NCBI GenBank assembly: GCA_964406665.1
Contig: CAYOSQ010000002.1
Span: 3,598-67,597 of the forward strand
Source: an uncultured Planctomycetia bacterium
GTDB taxonomy: Bacteria > Omnitrophota > Gorgyraeia > VGKH01 > JBHPFN01
Direction: 5' to 3'
DNA length: 64,000 nt
Shown here: piece after piece, positions 35,884-45,679 of the stretch
How positions within the stretch are numbered: position 1 is the first letter of the stretch
Layout: each line of letters begins with the position of its first letter
Program-made: the position numbers and the translations under genes
The notes under the pieces: model-generated
Database searches by the model: none
The model's input: the letters and a program-made list of their open reading frames with translations, nothing else
Told to the model about the DNA's origin: nothing

Positions 35884-36699
35884 TTAAGAAATAGTTATAC
35901 CAGCATATCCTACTACTTCGGAGAAATCACCGGTTGTATCTCCACTTGTTTGGTATTTTACGAGCTTAGCGTTCTTTGCCCCTAATTTGTTACACGCACT
36001 TATTACTATTGCAGCTGGAGCATATCCGCACATTGAAATACTGAGTTTTTCAACTGTGTTTAAAAGCTTCTCTTCGTCTAGCTCTAAAATAGCTTTGATT
36101 GCCTTGCTGTCTTTATCTTCTGTTTCTTTTTGAGGTTCGTAGTGAGTCATGTCAGAGCTAGCAATGATTAAGGTGCTGTTTTGTTTTTCTAGGCTATTCA
36201 TTGATTTTACTACAGAGTCTGCAATTTTTCTATAGATATCTAAGTTTTCAGAAAATACGGTAATTGGCACAAATTTAAAGGCTTTTTTTATATGCTGAAG
36301 GATTGGGAGCTGAACTTCTATAGAATGCTCAGAAGCGTGCGAACGGGGATCAACTTCCAATAATTCAGAGTTTTCTAATATGGTTTTTGCAAAGGCAGAA
36401 TCTATTTCAACTTTCCCCAAAGGTGTTTCCCATGAGCCTTCATCAACAATGCTCAAGCGTTTCCCTTCTCCTGTATGATTTGGCCCGAAAATTATGAAGG
36501 TGTCAATATCGTTTAAGTCGACGGCAGAAACAGTTTGCGTTGCTACTTTTCCGGAATACATGTATCCGGCATGAGGAAGAATCATGCCTTTAGCTTTTTC
36601 TTTCCTTATTTCTTTATCAACAAAACTTTCAATCTGTTCTTTTAGTTGAGATTTATCTGAACTATAAAATCTTCCCGAGACAATTGGTTTTCTAATCAT
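35884..36699 (-). CDS. amrB: AmmeMemoRadiSam system protein B (Memo)
   Basis: R.P.V.G.FY, PHAGY.YSG, GPNH, EHSIEVQLP, ASSDMTHY, SMCG, VVGY. Confidence 0.92.
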   Translation of the reverse strand: MIRKPIVSGRFYSSDKSQLKEQIESFVDKEIRKEKAKGMILPHAGYMYSGKVATQTVSAVDLNDIDTFIIFGPNHTGEGKRLSIVDEGSWETPLGKVEIDSAFAKTILENSELLEVDPRSHASEHSIEVQLPILQHIKKAFKFVPITVFSENLDIYRKIADSVVKSMNSLEKQNSTLIIASSDMTHYEPQKETEDKDSKAIKAILELDEEKLLNTVEKLSISMCGYAPAAIVISACNKLGAKNAKLVKYQTSGDTTGDFSEVVGYAGITIS

Positions 36700-36700
36700 T

Positions 36701-37621
36701 TTATTTATTAAATATTTTTGATAAGTATTTAACAGCATTTGCTATGTCTTTTGCAGTTGCCGGATGATGTGCTTCGATAACTTTTGTGACATTAGTGTTT
36801 ATATATGGACTCAACATTTCAAAGTTAAAGTTTCCTTTAAGAGGAGCTCTGTGATCATCCGCATCTTCTATATCATGCAGATGAACCCCGATTAATTTAT
36901 TACCGTAATCTTTAAGATAATTTTCATGTTCGTCAAAACCCAAGTTTTCCCATAGTTGTCCGTGTCCTACATCGTGCCAATACTGAATATTTTTACCGTC
37001 GAACTTATCAAGTATAATCTTGAATTCATCAAAAGTCGGTATTTCCCTGAAGTAGTATCTGTTCTCAATGCCTAATAAAATGTTTTGTTCTATAGCATGT
37101 TCAGAAAGTGAATCGAAACTTTTTAAGACCTGGTCAAGATGTGGTCCAACCAATGATTTTCTTTCTTTTATCAGTTCTTCTTTTAGTGAACTATAATCCG
37201 GTGAATCTATTCCTTCATTTTCGAATATAGATATTAGTTCGTTAGTTCTATCCTTAATTTCTACCCTACCGCCGTGTATTACAACTGTTTTTGCACCAAG
37301 TTTTTTTGCAGTGTCTATGCTTTTTTTTGTAAGACGTACAGCTTCTTTTCTTTGATCGCTATCTAAAGATGCTAATGAAAAACAATCCGGCAGGGCAACT
37401 TTTCCTTCTAATCCGTCAGGTCTTGGACAAAAGTTGTGTACACTGACGATTTCTATATCGGAGTTTTTTCTAAAAGAATTAATTTCGTCTATGACTGAGT
37501 TGGTTAAGTTGAAGCTTAGCTCAAGTTTTTTGATACCAAGAGATAAGATTTCATCGCAGATTTTTCTTCCAGAATCATGTCGGAATGCATTCCAAGATGT
37601 TGATAAGGCTAAATCGTTCAT
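36701..37621 (-). CDS. Sugar-phosphate isomerase/epimerase-type TIM barrel
   Basis: LSTSWN, SVHNFCP, V.HGG, GIENR, WHDVGH, HLHD, DH..P..G. Confidence 0.8.
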   Translation of the reverse strand: MNDLALSTSWNAFRHDSGRKICDEILSLGIKKLELSFNLTNSVIDEINSFRKNSDIEIVSVHNFCPRPDGLEGKVALPDCFSLASLDSDQRKEAVRLTKKSIDTAKKLGAKTVVIHGGRVEIKDRTNELISIFENEGIDSPDYSSLKEELIKERKSLVGPHLDQVLKSFDSLSEHAIEQNILLGIENRYYFREIPTFDEFKIILDKFDGKNIQYWHDVGHGQLWENLGFDEHENYLKDYGNKLIGVHLHDIEDADDHRAPLKGNFNFEMLSPYINTNVTKVIEAHHPATAKDIANAVKYLSKIFNK

Positions 37622-37643
37622 AGGGTTAAGTATTTTTTGAAGC

Positions 37644-37679
37644 AGTGTTTACTATAACACTTAAATGGGTTGATGTCAA
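37644..37679 (-). promoter_or_regulatory. Internal sigma70 promoter with an inverted repeat around the -10
   Basis: TTGACA (37679-37674)-17 nt-TATAGT (37656-37651); AGTGTT-N6-AACACT at 37644-37661. Confidence 0.7.
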
Positions 37680-38335
37680 TTATCAACCTCAAAAGAAATG
37701 ATTACATTGAATGAAAGCTCTGGATATCCAAGGCTTTTTGGGAAAGAAGGAAACGGAGCAGAATCATTAATACTTTTTAATGCTGTATCGCGCAAGTAAG
37801 CATCGTTGGTTGACCTATCATCAAATATCTTAATGTCCTTTAAAGATCCATCAGAAGAAAGCACGAAAGATAAATATACCTCTCCCTCACCATAACGCAA
37901 ATAATTAACATAGGCAAAATTACGGATTCTTTCTCTTATGGTTTGGTAATAGCTTTTATAGGCAGGGCTTTTGATTTGAGAGTCGAGCTCCGGTATTACT
38001 ACTTTCTTTTCTTTAGCATCAGTATTTGCAGCAGCAGGTTTCTTTGAAACCTTGAAAGTTTTGCTTAGAAAGTCATTTTTTTTGAAAAATCGTTTAATCA
38101 AATTTTTTTTACTAGCAATAGAAAGTTCTTTATTGTCTTCAATAGCTTGCTTGCGGACTATTTCTTTTTCAGGGACAATCTTTGAACTTATTTGGAACTT
38201 TTGATACGTTATTTCAAGCTGATGGAGGGATTTGTTTAAGTCGCCCAGGTTAAATTTTGGCATAGTTGCAAATAGTACGCCGTGTAACATAAGGGAAACT
38301 AATAAAAATATTCTGAGGGTTTTATCGTAAAACAT
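37676..38335 (-). CDS. TonB/TolA C-terminal domain protein
   Basis: SLMLH TM motif; Y...IRERI..GEV.L.F.L..DG.L..S...APFP.FP. Confidence 0.82.
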   Translation of the reverse strand: MFYDKTLRIFLLVSLMLHGVLFATMPKFNLGDLNKSLHQLEITYQKFQISSKIVPEKEIVRKQAIEDNKELSIASKKNLIKRFFKKNDFLSKTFKVSKKPAAANTDAKEKKVVIPELDSQIKSPAYKSYYQTIRERIRNFAYVNYLRYGEGEVYLSFVLSSDGSLKDIKIFDDRSTNDAYLRDTALKSINDSAPFPSFPKSLGYPELSFNVIISFEVDN

Positions 38336-38352
38336 TTTTGGGATTTAGTTGT

Positions 38353-38853
38353 TTAGAATTCAATGCCCTTTCTGGCTTTTATTTTTTTCTGATAAGGATG
38401 TTTTATTTCTTTCATTTCTGTAACATAATCTGCTAGAGCAATTAATTTTTTAGGAGCCCCTCTGCCAGTTAAGATGATTTCTGTTTTTCCAGCACTTTTT
38501 AATAGGTTGGCAACGTCCTGAGGATTAATAAGATTCAATTTTATCGCTACATTGATTTCATCTAAAATTACCATATCGAAGATTCGTTTTTTTAAAACAG
38601 CTTCAATCTTTTCTATTCCTTGTTGGGCAAGTTCGATATCTCTTGAACTCGACTTATTTTTTATAAAACAGCTTCTTCCAAACTGTTCAATTTTTATTTT
38701 TTTGTTCCGATTTAAAGATTTTATTTCACAATAGCATCCCTTTTTTACAAATTGGACAAAATAAATTTTCTTATTTGCGCCTAAAGCTCTCATCGCTAAT
38801 CCGATTGCTGCTGTTGTTTTCCCTTTTCCGTTTCCAGTATAGATATGTATCAT
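38353..38853 (-). CDS. cobO: Cob(I)alamin adenosyltransferase CobO/BtuR
   Basis: YTGNGKGKTTAA.G, QF.K, ILDEI, LTGR, AD.VTEM..KHPY, GIEF. Confidence 0.92.
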   Translation of the reverse strand: MIHIYTGNGKGKTTAAIGLAMRALGANKKIYFVQFVKKGCYCEIKSLNRNKKIKIEQFGRSCFIKNKSSSRDIELAQQGIEKIEAVLKKRIFDMVILDEINVAIKLNLINPQDVANLLKSAGKTEIILTGRGAPKKLIALADYVTEMKEIKHPYQKKIKARKGIEF

Positions 38854-38854
38854 T

Positions 38855-39334
38855 TTAGTGAGATTTTACAAATATGGGAAGATTGATTACACCAAAACAT
38901 ACTAGGCTAACTAGCACCCCTGCAGTTATCATTCCTATGGTTATGGCTATAAAAGCGTATCGGAATTTTATTTTAAATAGTAGGGCAGCAACACTACCTG
39001 TCCAAATTCCTGAACCAGGCAGCGGAATTGCCACAAATAAAGCAAGTCCAAGCGCTTCGTATTTTTGCACAAGAGAAGCCTTCTTTTTCGTTTTTTCAAA
39101 AAACCAATCAAAGAATTTTTTCCACAAGAAAAAATTCCTTAATTTATTTGAAACGGGTTCTAAGAAAATTAAAAGTGGAATGATAGGAATGAAGTTTCCT
39201 ATGATCGAAAGCAAAAATATTTTTGCAATTTGGTCTTGTCCCCAGAGATAGAATCCCAAGGGAATCGATGCCCTTAATTCAAATATCGGAGAAGCTGCCA
39301 GTCCTAAAACTTTTAACTCGTTAATTCCAACCAT
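38855..39334 (-). CDS. COG2426 small multi-drug export family membrane protein
   Basis: P..ELR.SIP, GN..P, FVAIPLPGSG.WTG. Confidence 0.85.
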   Translation of the reverse strand: MVGINELKVLGLAASPIFELRASIPLGFYLWGQDQIAKIFLLSIIGNFIPIIPLLIFLEPVSNKLRNFFLWKKFFDWFFEKTKKKASLVQKYEALGLALFVAIPLPGSGIWTGSVAALLFKIKFRYAFIAITIGMITAGVLVSLVCFGVINLPIFVKSH

Positions 39335-39959
39335 GTTTACCTAATAGTGGGACGAAAACACATCCACAAATATTTTTTTCCATTATTTTACCTTGCTTTT
39401 TTTCAGTAATTTTCAAGACTTGTGAATAGTTGCTACCAACAGGTATTACCATTTTAGCATTGTTAGCTAGTTGATCAATAAGCGGCTTAGGGATTTCTGG
39501 TGAGCCTGCAGTAACGATTATTGCATTGAAAGGTTCCTGTTCTTTCCAGCCTAAGGTGCCATCGTCAATTTTCAGATGGATATTTTTATAGTGTAGATTT
39601 CCTAGGATCTGCACTGCTCTCTCTGCTAGGATTTTAATTCTTTCAATCGAATATACTTGATCACAAAGTTCAGCTAAAATTGCTGTTTGATATCCAGAAC
39701 CAGTTCCGATTTCCAAAACCTTTTCCCCTCCAGTTAGTTCTAAGCTTTGTGTCATAAGTGCAACAATATATGGTTGAGAGATAGTTTGTCCTTCACCGAT
39801 TGAAATGGGATGGTCATTATATGCATTTTTTTTATCTTTCTCCGGGACGAATTCGTGGCGAGACACTTTTCTAAACGCATCCAGAACTCGCGCATCATTT
39901 ATGCCTCTTTGCATAAGTTGTTCTTTGATCATTCGAGATTTTAGATTTTCGCAAACCAT
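39321..39959 (-). CDS. pcm: Protein-L-isoaspartate O-methyltransferase
   Basis: GQTISQP, VLEIGTGSGYQ.A, DG..GW, FVPL. Confidence 0.96.
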   Translation of the reverse strand: MVCENLKSRMIKEQLMQRGINDARVLDAFRKVSRHEFVPEKDKKNAYNDHPISIGEGQTISQPYIVALMTQSLELTGGEKVLEIGTGSGYQTAILAELCDQVYSIERIKILAERAVQILGNLHYKNIHLKIDDGTLGWKEQEPFNAIIVTAGSPEIPKPLIDQLANNAKMVIPVGSNYSQVLKITEKKQGKIMEKNICGCVFVPLLGKHGWN

Positions 39960-40612
39960 GTTTTCCTGATTATAAATCTTAAAAATCGCAGAGTATCGAA
40001 AAGAGGATTTATTTTACTGGTTTGTCCCTGATAGATGCTTTTGATGGATACGGAATCGATTATGTAGCCTACCCTACTAGCTTCGATAAGAACCTCTGAT
40101 TCTATTTCGAATTTTTTTGAAATCAGCTTAATTTTCTTTAATACATTTATATCTATGTATCGATAGCCGCATTGACTATCTGGAATATTTTGTCTACTTA
40201 TTGATGATATAATCATAGACATAAAATTGTTTGTACACCATCTGATGAATGGCATATTTTCCGGTTTAATCATTCTGTTGCCTACTATAACGCCAGCTCC
40301 GGTTGCTTGAGCTTTTTCAATGAAGCTTGGGATGTTTGCAGGGTCGTGTTGGCCGTCGCCGTCTATCACGATGACTCCCGCGTAGTCCTTAGTCAAGATG
40401 TAATCAAACGCTTTTCTAAGGGCGAGGCCTTTGCCAAGATTTTTTTCATTTCTCAAAACTATTGCCCCGCTTTCTCTAGCTATTTCACTGGTTTTATCTG
40501 TAGAGCCGTCATCGATAACAATCGCATCTAGGTTTAGCTGCTTAATTTTTCTAACGAGTTCACCTATTCTCTCGGCCTCATTTTTTGAAGGAATTACAAC
40601 GCAAGTTTTCAT
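39941..40612 (-). CDS. GT2 glycosyltransferase (DPM-synthase-like)
   Basis: DDGS.D.T, N.GKG.A, DGDGQH.P, DSQCGYR. Confidence 0.9.
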   Translation of the reverse strand: MKTCVVIPSKNEAERIGELVRKIKQLNLDAIVIDDGSTDKTSEIARESGAIVLRNEKNLGKGLALRKAFDYILTKDYAGVIVIDGDGQHDPANIPSFIEKAQATGAGVIVGNRMIKPENMPFIRWCTNNFMSMIISSISRQNIPDSQCGYRYIDINVLKKIKLISKKFEIESEVLIEASRVGYIIDSVSIKSIYQGQTSKINPLFDTLRFLRFIIRKTWFAKI

Positions 40613-41460
40613 GATTCTATCCAGAATTTTCTAAACATGGACCATTGTGTTGGGTACATCTTTATATATTTCTTAATGACTTCTAAGCATTTTTTCGCAT
40701 AAGGTATTAATGCTTCTTTGTCGGTTAAGTTTTCAGGTATTTCTATTGGTTTCTCAAAAACAAACCTATGGCGATCCCCTTTTTCTTGTATAACAAATGC
40801 CGGAATAATGGGAGATTTAGTTTTTGCTGCTATCATAACAGGTCCTTTGGGTATCATAGTTTTTTTACCGAAAAAGTCTGTGCTGAATCCAGTATTTGTA
40901 AAGTCTCTATCTCCCACAAGAGCTAAAAGTTGATTATCATTTAGTGCTTCGATAGCTTTTCTGGCAGCATTGCCTAAGGCAATGACATTAGCTCCGTAGC
41001 ACTCTCTTTGTTGATTAAATAGCTTATTCACGTGCTTATTTTTATGAGGTAGAGCAATCGCGGCAAAACGATACCCAAGCATACTTATAAGAACTCCTCC
41101 AAGTTCCCAGTTACCAAAATGAGCTGCTAGGATAATTGCACCTCGTTTTTTCTTTAGGGCATCATCGATATATTTGAGGCCGACAATTTTAACGTTTTTG
41201 GATACATATTCTTTATTAATAAGCGGCATTCTAAAAAAGCTCGTAAGGTATTTGGCAAAATTTCTAAAGACTTCTCTTGTTTCTGGCAAAACATTTTTTC
41301 TCTGAAGTATGACTTGAAGATTTTCCTTTACCGCCGTCCTATCTTTCTTGGATAAGTAGAACTGAATGTCAGCAAAAAAATATGCAACTGCATTCCTCAT
41401 TCTTAGCGGCAAATGCAAAGATAAAAACTGAGCAAATTTAAACAAAAAGTAATTAAACAT
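40609..41460 (-). CDS. LpxL/PatA-family acyltransferase
   Basis: H.GNWE, LVGDRD, FFG....P.GP, P.QW..F..FW. Confidence 0.88.
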   Translation of the reverse strand: MFNYFLFKFAQFLSLHLPLRMRNAVAYFFADIQFYLSKKDRTAVKENLQVILQRKNVLPETREVFRNFAKYLTSFFRMPLINKEYVSKNVKIVGLKYIDDALKKKRGAIILAAHFGNWELGGVLISMLGYRFAAIALPHKNKHVNKLFNQQRECYGANVIALGNAARKAIEALNDNQLLALVGDRDFTNTGFSTDFFGKKTMIPKGPVMIAAKTKSPIIPAFVIQEKGDRHRFVFEKPIEIPENLTDKEALIPYAKKCLEVIKKYIKMYPTQWSMFRKFWIES

Positions 41461-42568
41461 TACTATTTAGAATTAGTTTGGCAACATCGAGTGCTGATTC
41501 AGGCTTTCTAATTTGCCGAATCTTAGACACCATTTCATTTATATAATTTTTGTTATCAAGAAGATTTTCCAAGGTGTGTAAAAGTTCATTTTCGTCGGTT
41601 GCATGCTTTGCTACTTCTTTTTTAAGTAAGTATCTCATATTATTAGTTTCTTGTCCAGGGATTGGCCGCATAATTATCAATGGTAGATTCTTTGCCAGAG
41701 CTTCGGAAGTAGTTAATCCTCCTGGTTTAGAAATTAAAATTGTAGATATTTCCATAATTTCATCGATGTTGCTAATAAATTCAAAAGCCAGCAACTTTTT
41801 ACTTAGACTCTTTTGTTTCTTTGCTAGCCATTTTAGAAGCTTCTTATTAATACCGGTGATAACTATAATCTGCATATTTCTACTGCTTTTATCCAGATGT
41901 CTAATAATCTTTTTTACAGGTCCTAAGCCATGGCCACCTCCCATAATTAATATAATCGGGGTGGAAAGGTTTAGTCCTAATTTTTGTGCAATCTCTTCTT
42001 TTTTGTGCTGAATGGTAAATTTTGGATGTATCGGTATCCCGAATAATTTAATTCTTTCTTCAGAAATTCCGTCTTTAATAAATCTTTTTTTAGTTTCTTC
42101 ACAAGCAACAACATAATAATCAACCTTATTGTAAATCCAGAAAGCATGACCGATAAAATCTGTCAAGATCGCAATCAATGGTATTTTGCAATCGTGAGAA
42201 TCTTTGTAATCAGAAACTAATCCACACGGGTAAGCTTGAGAGCAAACAATGGCATCGGGAGAGAATTTATTAATTAACTGGTCAATTTTCTCGAAGTTCT
42301 TTTTATGAATGGTGTTTTTTAGGTTTTGAGTTTTATTGAAAAATTTTGGATTATCGTATAGATAGCTCCAAATTTGAGGAATGCGTTTAATAACTTTCAT
42401 ATAAAGAAAATGAATAAGTTTTTCTGTTTTTGGACTTGTGTATTTAAAAGCATTGATGCTGAATGTTTTGATTTCAGGATTATATAACTTTAATGCCTGC
42501 TCAACTGCAGCAACAGCACTGTGGTGACCGGAAACTTCTGTAATATAGAGAAATAATACTCTTTTCAT
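41453..42568 (-). CDS. UgtP/MGDG synthase-like GT28 glycosyltransferase
   Basis: GHH..A, TDF..H..W, GIPI.P.F, MGGG.G.G, KPGGLT.SEA, PIPGQE..N. Confidence 0.9.
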   Translation of the reverse strand: MKRVLFLYITEVSGHHSAVAAVEQALKLYNPEIKTFSINAFKYTSPKTEKLIHFLYMKVIKRIPQIWSYLYDNPKFFNKTQNLKNTIHKKNFEKIDQLINKFSPDAIVCSQAYPCGLVSDYKDSHDCKIPLIAILTDFIGHAFWIYNKVDYYVVACEETKKRFIKDGISEERIKLFGIPIHPKFTIQHKKEEIAQKLGLNLSTPIILIMGGGHGLGPVKKIIRHLDKSSRNMQIIVITGINKKLLKWLAKKQKSLSKKLLAFEFISNIDEIMEISTILISKPGGLTTSEALAKNLPLIIMRPIPGQETNNMRYLLKKEVAKHATDENELLHTLENLLDNKNYINEMVSKIRQIRKPESALDVAKLILNSNV

Positions 42569-42598
42569 AAGCTTGTAATTATTTTAGTTATTTAATGC

Positions 42599-42829
42599 TT
42601 ATTCAATTATTGCAAGCACTTGACCAACCGTAACATCGTCTCCTTCTTGGATTTTTATTTCTTTCAAAACTCCGCTTGCAGGTGCTGGAAGATTAAAGGT
42701 TGCTTTATCTGTTGCAAGCTCAACTAAATCCGCCCCTTCTTTTACTTCTTGACCAGCAGAGCTATGCCAGTATGATACAGTTGCTTTTTCGATTCCTTCG
42801 CCTAACTCTGGTAACTTAACCTCAGGCAT
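42599..42829 (-). CDS. Stand-alone lipoyl domain protein
   Basis: VKLPELGEG, ELATDKA lipoyl-Lys, PAPASG; 76 aa, own RBS AGGAGG. Confidence 0.9.
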   Translation of the reverse strand: MPEVKLPELGEGIEKATVSYWHSSAGQEVKEGADLVELATDKATFNLPAPASGVLKEIKIQEGDDVTVGQVLAIIE

Positions 42830-42841
42830 GCTTCCTCCTTT

Positions 42842-43549
42842 TTATTTAATGATACATAAATTAAAAAATTTAGCAAGTGTATCTATGAAAATTTGTTTAA
42901 CTTCTTTTGTTTCAATATTTCTTCCTATAATTTCTGACATGGATGTAATTTTAGTATCTAAGCCACATGGTTTAATCATTGAAAAGTAGCTAAGGTCGGT
43001 GTTTACGTTTAGAGCTAATCCATGGTAGGTAATCCAATTTCTTACAGAAATGCCTATTGAGGCTATCTTTTTTCTTTCAGCCCAAACCCCTGTGAGTGAA
43101 TTTTCTTTGCAGCCTTTTATGTTAAATCGAGAAAGAACATTTATGATTATATTTTCTAGCGTATATAGATACTTTTTTAAATCTTTCATTTTTAATGATT
43201 TTAGGTCTAGTATTGGATAGGCTACCAGCTGTCCGGGACCATGAAATGTTGTGTCTCCTCCTCTGTCAGAATTTACAAGTTGTATACCTTTTTTTAAAAT
43301 ATCATTTCTTGGAATGAGAACATTCTTTTTGTTGGCTAATCTACCAAGAGTAATTACCGGTAAATGTTCACAAAGTAAAATTGTATTTGTGGTTGCTTTG
43401 TTTTTAACTTGGTTAAGAATTTCTCTTTGTACTTTATATGAAGAAAGGTAATCAACAAGGCCTAGATCAATTACTTTACACTGTATTTGATTCGCGGGCG
43501 GCTTCGATGATTCCTTCAGACAGGGTTGGATGGGCAAAGATTGTATCAT
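42842..43549 (-). CDS. lipB: Octanoyltransferase (start uncertain)
   Basis: CEH.PV.TLGR, DRGGD.T.HGPGQLV.YPI, KIASIG, HG.ALN, PCG. Confidence 0.92.
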   Translation of the reverse strand: MIQSLPIQPCLKESSKPPANQIQCKVIDLGLVDYLSSYKVQREILNQVKNKATTNTILLCEHLPVITLGRLANKKNVLIPRNDILKKGIQLVNSDRGGDTTFHGPGQLVAYPILDLKSLKMKDLKKYLYTLENIIINVLSRFNIKGCKENSLTGVWAERKKIASIGISVRNWITYHGLALNVNTDLSYFSMIKPCGLDTKITSMSEIIGRNIETKEVKQIFIDTLAKFFNLCIIK

Positions 43550-44780
43550 AAATCTTTTTTATGGTTAGTTTTTCTTTTACTGCCAAAGTAAGTATTGCAA
43601 TAAGCTCTGTAGCAACTGGTCCTAAGATAGAACCACCAAGAACTATAGAGGTATCAGCATCGTAAACTACTTTTATGTATCCTTCGGTCTCATCCAAAAT
43701 ATGAGCTTTTCCCAACGCTAAAAAGTTAAATTTGGAAACTTTTACATTGAAACCATTTTCTTTTGCGACGTCTTCAGTGAGTCCAACAGAACCTATCTCT
43801 GGTTCTGTAAAAATTGAATTAGGAACTGAAGAATAGTCTACTTTGATTCTTTTTCCAAGCATGTTTTCTACGGCAACAATTCCTTCATAAGAGGCAACGT
43901 GGGCAAGCAATAAGCCTCCAATGCAGTCACCAATTGCGTAAATATTTGCAATTTTTGTTTGCAAGTATTCATTAACAGGTATCGCGCCTCTTTCCTTCCT
44001 AATACCTATTTTTTCTAAATTTAGTTCATCAGAAGTTGGCTTTCTGCCAACGCAAACTAAAATTTTATCAAATTCATCCTTCTTGACGTCATCAACATTG
44101 GTTTTAGTTTGTACGCCTATGCCTCGTTTTTTAAAAACAACTTCAATTTTTTTAGATATTTCTTTATCTTCTAGTGGAAGGATTCTATCTAGTAGTTCAA
44201 CTATTGTAACTTTTGAACCCAGAGAGGAAAAAATGCTCGCAAATTCACAGCCAATAACTCCTCCGCCAACTATTAAAAGGTTTTTAGGAATAGAATCAAT
44301 TGTTAACAAGTCTTTGCTTGAAATAATTTTGCTGTGATCAAACTTTAGCTGAGGAAGTTCTACGGGTTGAGATCCAGTGGCAATGATAATATGCTTCGAT
44401 TCGATTACTTGATTTTCGACAAGAATTTTATTTGAATTTTCTAGAGTGGCTTTTCCTTGGATAAGATCTACGCCTTTATTTTTAAGTTGAAACTCTATTC
44501 CCTTCCTGAGTCGACTAACAACATCATGTTTTCTTTGTTGAATAGCCGAAAAATCCAGATCCTTGATTTCTGAATTAATCCCGAAGGTAGACGATTTTTT
44601 TATTAGGGATAAAATTTTTACTGAATTAACAAGCGATTTTGTAGGAATGCATCCTTGGTTGAGGCACACGCCGCCAAGTGCGGATTTTTCAATAAGGCAG
44701 ACGCTTAAGCCTTTTTTTCTTGCTTCTAAAGCAGCGGAAAATCCTGCCCATCCCGCCCCAATTATACAGATATCGTACAT
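43476..44780 (-). CDS. lpdA: Dihydrolipoyl dehydrogenase
   Basis: GGVCLNQGCIPTK, GGGVIGCE, GD, LAH.A, HPTLSE. Confidence 0.93.
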   Translation of the reverse strand: MYDICIIGAGWAGFSAALEARKKGLSVCLIEKSALGGVCLNQGCIPTKSLVNSVKILSLIKKSSTFGINSEIKDLDFSAIQQRKHDVVSRLRKGIEFQLKNKGVDLIQGKATLENSNKILVENQVIESKHIIIATGSQPVELPQLKFDHSKIISSKDLLTIDSIPKNLLIVGGGVIGCEFASIFSSLGSKVTIVELLDRILPLEDKEISKKIEVVFKKRGIGVQTKTNVDDVKKDEFDKILVCVGRKPTSDELNLEKIGIRKERGAIPVNEYLQTKIANIYAIGDCIGGLLLAHVASYEGIVAVENMLGKRIKVDYSSVPNSIFTEPEIGSVGLTEDVAKENGFNVKVSKFNFLALGKAHILDETEGYIKVVYDADTSIVLGGSILGPVATELIAILTLAVKEKLTIKKIYDTIFAHPTLSEGIIEAARESNTV

Positions 44781-45679
44781 TTTTTAAGTTCTACAGCTGC
44801 TTGAATTAGGTTTTCTTTTTCTTTCTCGTCTAGTTCCAGCTCTATAATTTCTTCTATTCCATCTTTTCCGAGCTTAACAGGTACGCCAATAAAAACGTCA
44901 TTTATTCCATATTGACCGTTTAGTAAAACTGAAGCACCTTGTATGCTGCCATCGTTTTCCAGGATTGATTTAATCATGGTAAAAAGCGCTGCAGATGGTG
45001 CAAAATATGCACTTCCACTACCTAGGCATGAGACTATTTTTGCACCTCTTTGCACAGTTTGAGAAATTAGATTATCAATCTTTTCTTTTGTAAGCAATTC
45101 TGATACAGGTTTCCCGTCTACATAGCTAAAGCGCGGCAGGGGCATCATGTCTTTTCCATGAGTTGCGATTACAATGGCTTCCACAGTTGATGCTTTGACT
45201 TTCAGTTCTTGGGATATTAAATTAGCAAATCTAGCAGAATCTAAGCTTATTCCGAATCCAATGATTTTTTTAGGATTAAATCCTGTTTGAGCATGGAAAA
45301 ACGCAGTCATTAGATCAACCGGATTGGTAACAAGAATTGTGATAGGTTCGACAGGTAGTTCTTTTAGTTTGCTTGCAATATCTTTTATTATCGCGCCATT
45401 TTTTCTCAACAGGTCTTCTCTTGTCATCCCAGGTTTTCTAGGCAGACCAGCTGTAATAACAACAATATCTGAGTCTTTAGCAAGAGAAAAATCGTCGCCA
45501 AATTCGATTTTAGAATTAATTTTTTTTGCTGCGGCTGCATCTTGTAGATCAAGGCATTTGCCTTCAACGATATTCTTTGCAATATCTATTACAGCAATAT
45601 TTTGTATGTTAGCATCTGAAAGCCTAAGAGCTAAAGTACTGCCTACTTGTCCTGCGCCGATTACTGTAATTTTTGGCAT
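44762..45679 (-). CDS. mdh: Malate dehydrogenase (LDH-like)
   Basis: [31 protein letters not shown]. Confidence 0.88.
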   Translation of the reverse strand: MPKITVIGAGQVGSTLALRLSDANIQNIAVIDIAKNIVEGKCLDLQDAAAAKKINSKIEFGDDFSLAKDSDIVVITAGLPRKPGMTREDLLRKNGAIIKDIASKLKELPVEPITILVTNPVDLMTAFFHAQTGFNPKKIIGFGISLDSARFANLISQELKVKASTVEAIVIATHGKDMMPLPRFSYVDGKPVSELLTKEKIDNLISQTVQRGAKIVSCLGSGSAYFAPSAALFTMIKSILENDGSIQGASVLLNGQYGINDVFIGVPVKLGKDGIEEIIELELDEKEKENLIQAAVELKKCTISV

